Positions 25,261-35,273 of a stretch of 57,567 nt of DNA are shown here, piece by piece. Below the pieces are notes generated by a model. That model was not told the DNA's origin and did no database searches. It was given only the letters and a program-made list of their open reading frames with translations. The translations under genes were made by a program, and so were the position numbers. Within the stretch, counting starts at the first letter, position 1; every line of letters starts with the position of its first letter. The stretch is from Chiloscyllium plagiosum (Eukaryota), in assembly GCF_004010195.1 (NCBI RefSeq), contig NC_057718.1:83312345-83369911 (forward strand), given 5' to 3'.

Positions 25261-25569
25261 ACAACACAAAATTACCATTCTGTTCATGTGTTTTTCAAGC
25301 TTAATTGCCAACTAAAAGCTAACGCTCATACAATGATTCAAAGGCTCAAATGAATCATTATTCGTGAGGCTGAATTATACACACCAAATGATTTTGAGTT
25401 TGGTCTATGCTTAATCAGCTACCCTCAATTAATCCTGACCTCAATATCCCAAACAATGAGTAAACAAAAGCAACCAATAGTCTACTCTTGATTTCTAGCA
25501 TTCTGGCATAATTCCAGACATTGTGGCATTGCAGTAACTGACTTTACACATTAAGTATATTTGAGCAAA

Positions 25570-25965
25570 ACAAAATCTGGCTGACATTCCAATTTACTAA
25601 GTGAAGGAGTGCTGGACAACCAAAATCAACTTTCAGATGAGCTATAAAATCCTATCATACGAATGCCCTCACCCCCAAGGCATGTCCGTACTCAGATAGA
25701 TGCAAAATATCACATGACACCATTTCAAAGAACAGAAGTGGAGTTCTTCCCAATATCCCGGCCAATAGTTACCTTTCAATCAACATCATAAAAAGATTTG
25801 TAATTAGTTATTATCACATTGCTGCTTTTGGAAGTATGTTGTGTTCAAACTGGGTGTTATGTTCCTATGTCACAATGAGCACGCTTTAAAGGTATTGCAT
25901 TGGCTATAAAGTGCTTTGAATGTCCTGAGATCATGAAAGAAATGGCATTGATGCATGTTGTCTTC
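25570..25965 (+). mobile_element. Old Deu-domain SINE (SacSINE1-like)
   Basis: 'ggctgacattcca...gaaggagtgctg...tttcagatgag...gagttcttcccaatatcccggccaatagttacctttcaatcaacatc...aaagtgctttgaatgtcctgag'. Confidence 0.65.
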
Positions 25966-26854
25966 TTAAGTGAACTGTGAACATTCTGCCACTACTTAAT
26001 AAAACCATCTACATTCATTACACTTTAAATACTGTTATAAAGTGATTGAACAAGCAACCAAGAGAGTTGGTTAAAGCCTAGTCATGGAACTAATGAAGAA
26101 TCTGAGAAACTAGGGCAGAAATGGCAAATGAGTGTGAAAGCATATGCAACTGCAAAAATGAGTGCGCACAAGAAATGGGGTATGCAAGTTTACATGCTAG
26201 AATGAAAATGTGGAGTGTAAATGAGCATATGCAAAGCAGCATATTGGAGGCAGTTGTTAAGTGTGACAAAGAAAGCAACAGCATGCGTAACTACAAAATA
26301 AAGTGACACACAAATTCGAGAGATAAGCATGTAGAGTGAATAGGTGCACTAGAGTACAGAAATAAAAATGTGCAATAATACATTTGCATATGCAGAAAAG
26401 GCAAGTCCAAATGGACAAAAGACTACATGCACATAAACAACATTAGGAGAATCTACATATATGGAAGGACATGAGGACAGGATAGAATTGTTCCTATTGC
26501 CAGAATTTAGGCTCAAGTGCGAAAGATATTAAATAAGGCCAAGATATCAAAGTGTACTAATGTGGTTATGCAATTATACCAACAATAATTCATATTCTAA
26601 GAATAGGCAAGAGATAATTTTAAAAAGTGAAAACGATTCAAAAACTCCATTTACTTACTTTGTAGTAAACAAGGAACGAACAATTTTCAATTTTCTGCTA
26701 TCTTCATGTAAAATGATTTTAGTGCTGAAAAACCTACAGTGGCAGCATTACCTTTCATTTTTATATTTTCTCTGGCTGAACCATTCAATAATTGTACCAA
26801 GATTTCATAAAGTTAAAAAAGGGAGAGTGTAATCCTGGTAACTCTCAGTATTGG

Positions 26855-27068
26855 AAAGTATGGCACTGGAAGAGCAGAGCAGGTCAGGCATCATCCGAGG
26901 AGCAGGAGAATCAACATTTCAGGCATAAGCTCTTCATCAGGAATGATAAAGGGCTTATGCCTGAAACTTTGATTCTCCTGCTCTTCAATTGCTGCCTGAC
27001 CCGCTCAGCCTTTCCAGTGCCACACTTTTCGACTCTGAGCTCCAGCATCTGCAGGCCTCACTTTCTCC
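26855..27068. mobile_element. 214-bp PLE-terminus insertion forming a long hairpin, with a 15-bp TSD
   Basis: aactctcagtattgg at 26840-26854 and 27069-27083. Arms 26855-26939 and 26944-27028 are imperfect reverse complements around a 4-nt loop; tail at 27029-27068. Confidence 0.9.
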
Positions 27069-27717
27069 AACTCTCAGTATTGGCATATTCAATATATCCC
27101 ACACCAGATAATTAATTATGATAGTGTAGCAACCATGAAATAATACAAAATATTAAATGTACAATTTATTACACATTAATCTGGAGAATTTTCTTTAAAT
27201 TGCTTCCCTTCTATTTTTGTAATGCCTTTGCTCAAAACTTCTCATTCAGTTTTGCAATCCTACTTCAGATTCCAATTACTTTGGAATTTCAGCAATGTAA
27301 TTTCCTCTCATTTTAGCTTACAATTTTAATGTGCTAAACTGGTAAACAATTTCTCAGTCATTACATTTAATTTTCATTGGCTTAATATTGGTAAAATGAA
27401 AGTAATTTTTTTTATTTCAACTAACAACCATACGGTTCTTGCTCCAACCCCATTAACACCGTTACTAACACACTGTTTGGCAAGACGACAGCATCCCACT
27501 TAACTGGAAGCTCACCTATTAATAACTGTGATCTGGTAATCCAATTAGCATCCTTCTGTTCCATAAAATTTATAGATTCAGTACTCTGCTCACCAATATT
27601 TATTTCTCCAAAGTTCAAGTGGGTGCTAGTGCAATTATCAGCACCATCAGATTGGTTAGTAAGTACTACCCAAGCACAGAAACACATCTAATCTTGGTCA
27701 ACATATTCTGAGTTTTG

Positions 27718-27811
27718 AGCTGAAAAATGTGTTGCTGGAAAAGCGCAGCAAGTCAAACAGCATCCAAGGAGTAGGAGAATCGACGTTTCGGGCATAAGCC
27801 CTTCTTCAGGC
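27718..27811 (-). mobile_element. 94-bp PLE-terminus mini-insertion with an intact hammerhead core and a 14-bp TSD
   Basis: tattctgagttttg at 27704-27717 and 27812-27825. Minus strand CTGAAGA-A-GGGC-ttat-GCCC-GAAA-CGTC. Confidence 0.88.
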
Positions 27812-27859
27812 TATTCTGAGTTTTGTAAACATAGGCTCAATACAGCCAATACACTAACT

Positions 27860-29480
27860 TTTGTGATTAGCAAAAAGGAGATGCTATTTGTTACAATCCA
27901 GCAATTGTCAGGGCATAAGGCTGACAAATCCAGTACCACATTGCAACAAATTCATATCCTTTTAAACTTAACAACAGTATCCTGTGAATGATGAATCCCA
28001 CTCATGTTGTGGTTTACTGCACAGCAATAGCGTGAAATACCTATCTTCAAATGTTGCTCAAACATTTGATACCTATTATCTCGCTAGGTGATCTGAAGTA
28101 GGTTGAACAGTTTTCAAGTCTAAAATTGGCAGCGTTTGACCTTTTCATGGGTTTTGCATCATATACAGCAAGCAATGATTTGATCAAGGTGGCCATTATC
28201 CTACAGAATAGCTCTGATAAACCCTATTCCAGCATCAGACGTGCATAGTGGGCGACTAGCTTGGGGTCCATTATGAGGTTGCAACTCAGGCCAATTCTAC
28301 ACTGTGTGAAATTGTAAGAATCCCAATATGTATATAGGCCAGTAACAGTGGGTCAGTTACTGGTTTCTCAACAAGCATGAGGAAAGGCAGATTGTTAAAC
28401 TTCTCTATTTCACAGATAAATTTGAGCCCTCTATGGAGTCCATTAAGATGTGTAAGAAAATTATTACATGCAGTTGCAAAGTCAAACATATCATCTGCAT
28501 ATTGGAAATGTGCAAAGGGTAAGAGGTGAAAAGTAATTCCATTAAAAAAAATGTTTCTTTTGGAAACCAATAAAAATATTAGCAACAACTAGGCCTAGAG
28601 GGAATCCCAAGGCAACACTTTTTTCTTAACTAAGACCCTAAAGTTTTCTTATTTTAAAGGCACGTGCCAGGTATTGCATTCCAGATACAATTCCATTGGT
28701 CAAATTACCATTTTGAATCAAAACACACTTTATTCATACACTATAGTTAAAATACAATAAAAGAAAGATAAAATAATTGACTTAACTGTAACTCTATCGA
28801 AATGCTTAACAAAATTAGGGATAACTACTACGAGTTAACTGTTCCAATATAATAACATCCCATAAACACACCCTTGACAAAGGTAAATTCAATAAAATAG
28901 ATTATCTCACATGTAATTCTAGCAACAGGAAGAGAACCCCAGCTTTTAACTATAACAGAGAAAGGAATTAGACCTTTCACATCCAGCTTCATGACTCCAT
29001 CAACAACTGCTACTGAAAGCTAAAACAAAAATAAAATTTTGGTTTCGTGGGAGCTTGACCCCACCCATTCAGGCGGCTTTTATTGTTCCAACTTAAAAAA
29101 AACCCAAAGATCTCACTGCTTTTTATTTACTGGCTTGAGCAGATTGCTCATTATTTTAATTATGACAGGTTTAGACAGAGGTAAAGGACAAAATACACCT
29201 TCTAAAGCCATAGTATCATTACAGTTGCTAAGTTCATAAGCTCAATGAACACTGATTCAGTCAATGGCAGAAGACCGAGATCCCCATGGTATACAGACGC
29301 AGTGCAAACATCTATAGTTTCCTTGAGTGGCATATTCTGAATAGGCTAGCAATACCAAATCAGTGTGAGGCATAACATTGCAATCGATACCTTGTATCAG
29401 CTTTGCAAAGATGAAAGAATCCTTCACTGTGTATATGGAAGAACACATAGAACTGTTTGTACCAACTCACTCAACCATTT
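27860..29480 (-). mobile_element. Old Penelope (Poseidon-like) RT remnant, split by a solo LTR
   Basis: FQYADDMF...FLTHLNGLHRGLKFICEIEKFNNLPFL in the 28286-28588 ORF; 'ttgccttgggattccctctaggcctagttgttgctaatattttt' (xALGFPL..ANIF); resumes at 29224 with FIELMNLAT. Confidence 0.7.
28618..29223 (-). mobile_element. Solo LTR (3'-truncated), related to 52866-53497
   Basis: Minus strand starts TGTAATGATACTATGGCTTT. Shares 'aataaa.tgtgttttg...gtaatttgacca...tctggaa...gcctttaaaata' with the 52866 LTR. Interrupts a PLE RT. Confidence 0.65.
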
Positions 29481-29663
29481 GGCCAATTCAATTCATGCAG
29501 AACTTTGACTTTCCTAGCTACCTGCCACAAAACAGTGACTAATGAAAATGGGAGTTCTTGAAGTAGTAGCTAAACGATCTAAAACATATAGTGCAAATGT
29601 TCAGTGACATTTGAGGCCTCAAGACTAATGCAGACATACATACTCGTAAGCTAGACCAAGGGA

Positions 29664-29740
29664 CTTTATTTATTGCAAAAGTATACTTTATTAATAAAAA
29701 AAATCTTTACATACAAACATAGTCACTAAAACAGCTTAGT
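29664..29740 (-). mobile_element. Short Tx1-like 3' terminus
   Basis: 'tattgcaaaagtatactttattaataaaa' matches the Tx1 end 'tatttcaaaaatatactttattcataaaa' at 56871. Confidence 0.55.
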
Positions 29741-29743
29741 TAA

Positions 29744-30056
29744 TTAGATTAGATTACATTACAGTGTGGAAACAGGCCCTTCGGCCCAACAAGTCCACAC
29801 CGACCCGCCGAAGCGCAACCCACCCATACCCCTACATTTACCCCTTACCTAACACTACGGCAATTTAGCATGGCCAATTCACCTGCCTTGCACATTTTTG
29901 GACTGTGGGAGGAAACCGGAGCACCCGGAGGAAACCCACGCAGACACGGGGAGAACGTGCAAACTCCACACAGTCAGTTGCCTGAGGCGGGAATTGAACC
30001 CGGGTCTCCAGCGCTGTGAGGCAGCAGTGCTAACCACTGTGCCACCGTGCCACCCA
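29744..30056 (-). mobile_element. Young full-length V-SINE (HE1-like)
   Basis: A/B boxes (tggcacagtggttagc; ggttcaattcc), V-domain, (TCTAA)n tail; near-identical to 15706-16025. Confidence 0.92.
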
Positions 30057-30089
30057 CACGTTCTGTGTAGTCTTTGCATATGGAGAACA

Positions 30090-31505
30090 TTTTTAACCAT
30101 GGATGATGTGCCAAAGAACTGGAGAGTAGCTAATATTGTGCCTTTATTTAAGAAAGGCTGTAAGGAAATGCTTAGGAACTATAGACCTGTAAGACTGATA
30201 TTAGCGGCAGGGGTCAGTTGTTGGATGTGATTCTGAAAGATAGGAATTACATGTATTTGGAGAGGCAAGGACTGATTAGGCGTAGTCACCTTTTTTTTGC
30301 AAGGGAAATAGTGTCTCACAAACTTCATTCAGTTTTTTGAGCAAGTAACCAAAAAGATCAATGAAGGTCAAACTGTTGACGTTATTTGTATGGACTTTAG
30401 TAACGCCTTTGACAAGATTGATTGATTGATTATAATTAATTAATAAAGTTAGATCACATGGGATTCAGGGTGACGTTATCAACCGGATACAAAATTGGCT
30501 TGACAGTAGAAGACAGAGGTTGGTAGTAGAGGGTTGTTTTTCGGACTGGAGGCCTGTGACCAGTGGTGTTTCAGCGGTACTGGGTCCACTTTTGTTTGCC
30601 ATTTATGTAAATGATTTGGATGAGAATACAAGAGACAGATGACACGGAAATTGGTGGTACAGTGGACAGTGAAGAGAGTTATCTAAGATTACAAAGATAT
30701 CTTGATCGATTTGGTCTGAGGAGCGACAGATGGAGTTTAATTTAGATAAATGCGAGGTATTGCATTTTGTTAAAACAAACAAGAACAGGGCCTACACAAT
30801 TAATGGTAGAGCCCTGGGTAGTGTTGTGAAACAGAGACCTAGGAATACAGGTACACAATTCTTTGAAATTCATTGCTCAGACCTTTGAGTATAGGAGTTG
30901 GGATACCATGTTGAGTTTGTATAGAACATTGGTGAGGCTTCTTCTGGAGTACTGTGTACAGTTATGGTTGCCCTGCTATAGAAAGGTATCATTAAACTGG
31001 AAAGGGTTCAAAAAGGATTTGGCTGGATGATGCCAGGGATGGAGGGTTTGAGTTATAAAAATAGGCTGGATAGGTTCAGATAGTTTTCACTGGAGCGTAG
31101 GAGGTTGAAGGGTGACCTTACAGAAGTTTATAAAATCATAAGGGGCATAGATAAGATGAATTGCAGGGATCTTTTCCTTAGGGTAAGCAAGTTCAAAATT
31201 AGGGGGCATATTTTTAAGGTGACAGAAGAAAGTTTTAAGGAGGACTGAGGGGCAACTTTTTTTTTTGAAAATAGTGGCTCGTGTGTGGATGCAGGAACAG
31301 TTACAACATTTAAAAGGCATTTCGATGAATACATGAAAAGGGAAGGTTTGGAGGAATATGGGCCAATGCAGGCTTAGCTTGAAGGGAAATAGTGTCTCAC
31401 AAACTTCATTCAGTTTTTTCAGCAAGTAACCAAAAAGATCAATGAAGGCTGAACTGTTAACGTTAATTATATGGACTTTAGTAACGCCTTTGACAAGATT
31501 GATTG
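30090..31505 (+). mobile_element. CR1 LINE ORF2 fragment with internal deletions and a local 124-bp duplication
   Basis: VPKNWRVANIVPLFKKG, NYRPV, YMDFSNAFDK, LEYCVQLW, RRLKGDLTEVYKI. 30301-30424 is repeated at 31382-31505. Confidence 0.9.
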
Positions 31506-32069
31506 TTGTTGCTCCCTATGCAATTTCACACTGTTGTAATTCAGTCCTAATAGTGCAAGACAAAAATATTTGACATCATGTATTTTTCTTTGACAATGTA
31601 TAAGTTGTCTATTTGCAAGTGACTAATTGCGATGCTCATTTTATTTACAAAATCACATCAAACATACAGTATGAGGGATTCTATTCAGTTTGTGACTTTT
31701 TTTTAAACTGCACATCTATGGTAACTGCCTTAAGATTGAACACATTCCTTAGAGTGGAGCCATGGACCATGGAATGTTCCTATGTGTAACAATCAAGATA
31801 TGTATCTTCAAACTTCTCTCAGGCTGACACCACTTTATCAAAACAATTTTCTCCTCTCTTATGAACCAGACCATATATCTTTGACTTATAGACCAGAGGT
31901 AAGTCATTAGACTTCTTTCACCCTACTGCAATTCTCAATGACTTAAAGTGTCCCTCAAAGTATCCTACTTTTACCATGCTTTACAATTCATCTTGAATTC
32001 AAAATCTATGAATGTTTCCATGCAGAGTGTCTGAAGACATTCCTTTAATCTGGGCTGCTATGTGTAACG

Positions 32070-32762
32070 CCAGGTTATAGTTCGTGTGTGTGAGTGTGAG
32101 AGAGTGTGTGTCTGTGTGAGAGAGTGTGTGTCTGTGTGAGAGAGTGTCTGTGTGTGTGTGCGTGTCTGTGTGTGAGAGTGTGAGTGTGAGAGAGTCCGGG
32201 GGAAGGCAGCTGAGAATGCAACAGGCAGATGGAGGCAGGGGTAACGGTGATAGGTCGGACAGAGAGCAATGCCGAGCCAGAAGGCTTGAACTGGGACAAA
32301 ATAGGGGGAAGGGAGACAAGGAAACTGGTGAAGTCCATATTGATGCTGTGGGGTTGGAGAGTCCCAAGGCGGATGATGAAGTGCTCTTCCTCCAGACGTC
32401 AGGTGGTTAGCAATTAGCGATGGAGAAGGCCCAGGACCTGCATGTCCTCGGTGAAGGGGGAAGGGGAGTTGAAGTGTTCCGCCACGAGGCAGTGGGGTTG
32501 GTTGGTGCAGGTGTTCCGGAGATGTTCTCTGAAGCACTCTGCAAGTAGGCATCCAATGTAGAGGAGACCACATTGGGAGCAACGGATATAGTAAATGACA
32601 TGTGTGGAAATGTAGGTGAAACTTTTATGATGTGGAAGGCTCCTTTGGGGCTTTGAACGGAGGTGAAGGGGGAGGTGTGAGTGCAGGTTTTGCAATTCCT
32701 GCAGTAGCAGGGGAAGGGTTAACTTTGTCCACCCCAGTCCAACACCTGCACCTCCAAATCAC
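32070..32762. mobile_element. Composite PLE insertion: inverted pLTR stub, (GT/GA)n tract, minus-strand GIY-YIG fragment, plus-strand tail
   Basis: 'ccaggttatagt' stub as at 44590. Minus translation FTYISTHVIYYIRCSQCGLLYIG (GIY-YIG). Tail 'aactttgtccaccccagtccaacacc'. Confidence 0.78.
32084..32194. repeat. Compound (GT)/(GA) microsatellite
   Basis: gtgtgtgtgagtgtgagagagtgtgtgtctgtgtgagagag... Confidence 0.95.
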
Positions 32763-33137
32763 GACTACTACGTGAACACATTCATTACTTGTGCTCAGAC
32801 AGGTACTAACCTTGCTACAAAACACAGCAGCACACAATTCAATCACTTGAGTCTACTATACCAGTTCAATGACATCATGACACAGAATGAAACATTTTCA
32901 TTCATATCAAACACAAAGAGTAACAATTTAAAATTATGTACATTAAAAAGAACAAATGAGTACCATTGATGCAATATTCATTATTTTGCTTTCAAACCCA
33001 TTCACCAAACACAGCTACAAAACTGCAAATGGCTGCATGCCCATTCGAGCAACTTTCTCCCATTTTGGAACTCCCATAAACTGTAAACCAAGACTGTCAT
33101 CTTAAACATCTGGTGTACACAAATTTTGCCAATTTAC

Positions 33138-33180
33138 CTTGGGAGGAAGAGGTGGTGGCATCCTGGGTTTCATTGTTGAG
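33138..33180 (-). CDS. MAP4K3: MAP4K3 internal exon (43 nt, phase 2-0): (H)STMKPRMPPPLPPK
   Basis: aatctgtag acceptor, gtaaat donor; PPPLPPK SH3-ligand motif continues into PK of the next exon. Confidence 0.95.
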
Positions 33181-34901
33181 CTACAGATTCAAAATAAAAC
33201 CAACAATTAATAATACGACACTATGCACTGTATATAACAGATCACACAACTTAAGTCCCAAATAGTTGCTACTATCTGAGAACTCTATGCAAGAGAATAA
33301 ACTTCTAAATTTCCTGTGCTATACGCAACTCTTGAAAGAGCTAAATAGTAAAATTTTATTCCTACGAATAAGCAACTGTAGTTGCACCAGCTGACACAGT
33401 ATTTGTCATGCTAAATTCTGTTCTGCATTCTGATAAAATACTTGCCCCTTCCACTTCACCTGCCATGCCTATAAAATGCTAGTCTTCAGTGGTTATCTGT
33501 CCCTTCTTTGCACTACAAAAACCAATCGTAATGCTGAAATTTTATTCAATGCCATTTCTTCTTATAAGCACACAAAAAAATTGCCAATTTTATCCAAATA
33601 CATTCCACAAAGCAACTTTCCTTACTTGTGCATGTGTCAGCCAATAACAAAATGCAATTTGTGGATACTCGATTTTGTAAAAAGTACTTTCATTCTTTTT
33701 TATATTTCCTTCTGACAGTAGAAGTATTTTATTAAATGGGTTCCTCAAGTATTCTACATTCCAGTGGCACATATTTGAGTGTTATTAAGTTAAACAAATT
33801 GCGTTGTCTATGTGCTTCTTGAAAAGCAGAGAAATACCGACCATCTCTTTTTTCATACCATACACAAGATTTAATGCAAGTTCAGACACCATTACAAGTA
33901 AGCTACTGTACTACAAAACAGTCTCATACCCGGCTGCATTTCAAAAAGGAACTATTAGTATATAAATCTAGGACATGTCACAGGACAACTGAGAAGTAGA
34001 TTTTAGTTGTTGTAAATCACTTGAAAAAGACAAAAGACTTGAAAATGCATACAGCCACAATGCTGAACCTAAATTAAATCTGAATCATTAGAACTAAAGG
34101 GCAGTTTTGGATTAAATTTTCCTCAAATTTGACTTAAATTGCAATATTTAATTCACTTTTTACTTCACTTCATTTCAAAGCTGTGCAGAGCAGCTAACAT
34201 CCTGCTGCCTACCACAGAACTGTGGTAGATTTGTATCAGGTTAGTATTTTTTATCTTCAAGCTTGTTCATCATACTATCACAGCCAGAATGGTCATATGT
34301 TGCAAAACAATTACTAAATGTCAGTATTTTTGATGATTAGTGACATGCAAGAAAATTTACATCAGTATCAATATTATTTCATTTAAAAAAAAACATATGT
34401 CATTGTCCAGTCATTATGAGATGGGCTCTGAACGCTCACATTCTAAAGTATCAACAGGAATTATATTAAAAAAATCCAACACTTGCTAAATGATGTAATG
34501 ATACGAGCAACCCAAGATACAGTTCATGACGTTTTGGCTCACTTATTTTCAACTACGTAGCACATACATTCTATAAGTTTTGAAAAATGAAGCTGGAGCT
34601 TTATCTGAAAAAGTCATGCTAATTCAGCTGTCAGGTGGTTATGGCAAAAAAACTTGAAAATAAAATAATCAGTGTTTTCAATGGCAATACATTAATGTAT
34701 CTCAAGGCTTCAAGAGGGAAAAAAAAGGCAGCCAAGCAGGATGACAATGAATCATAAAAGGATGCTTTCGTTTAGCTGGTTTGAATTTAGGGAGATTGTA
34801 GAATGTCATGCAGATTTTAATGGCGATCATTCCGACTTATATTCTGAATAGTACTCAAAGTAAAACCAAATTCAGCTAAACTAGAAGAAGAAAAGACTTA
34901 C

Positions 34902-34955
34902 TGTTCAGATTCATCATCATCACCATCATCATCATCTAAATGTGCCACGTGTCCC
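34902..34955 (-). CDS. MAP4K3: MAP4K3 internal exon (54 nt, phase 2-2): (R)GHVAHLDDDDGDDDESE(H)
   Basis: ctccttag acceptor, gtaagt donor; matches recalled human GHVAHLEDDEGDDDESKH. Confidence 0.96.
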
Positions 34956-35234
34956 CTAAGGAGATGAACAAGGTACTTATGGCTCAGTGGATTTCAGTGG
35001 AACAATTTCAGCTAAAATAAAGAATTCTGGCATGCACTATCTTTGGGGCTTGCTCTATATGGAGTTCTATGTATTCTAATGATTTATTGTATTATTAATT
35101 GAAAGATAGCTTGGAAAATTAGACTTGTATAAAATCTATATGACAAGCAAATGTTACCTTTAGGTCACTACATTAGCTTTTTTAAAAACAAAGGAGGATT
35201 TTTACTTTACGAAAGGCAACAAGAGAAAAATTAC

Positions 35235-35273
35235 CGCTGATGCAGTTCCTCTTCTACTGATTTTAGGAGACTC
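35235..35273 (-). CDS. MAP4K3: MAP4K3 internal exon (39 nt, phase 2-2): (K)SLLKSVEEELHQ(R)
   Basis: aattccaag acceptor, gtaatt donor; matches recalled human KSLLKSVEEELHQR. Confidence 0.96.

Noticed and set aside
26485..26515. Alternative exon starting PK (gag|CCTAAATTCTGGCAATAG)
   Set aside because: Weak GAG acceptor, stop after five codons, no support.
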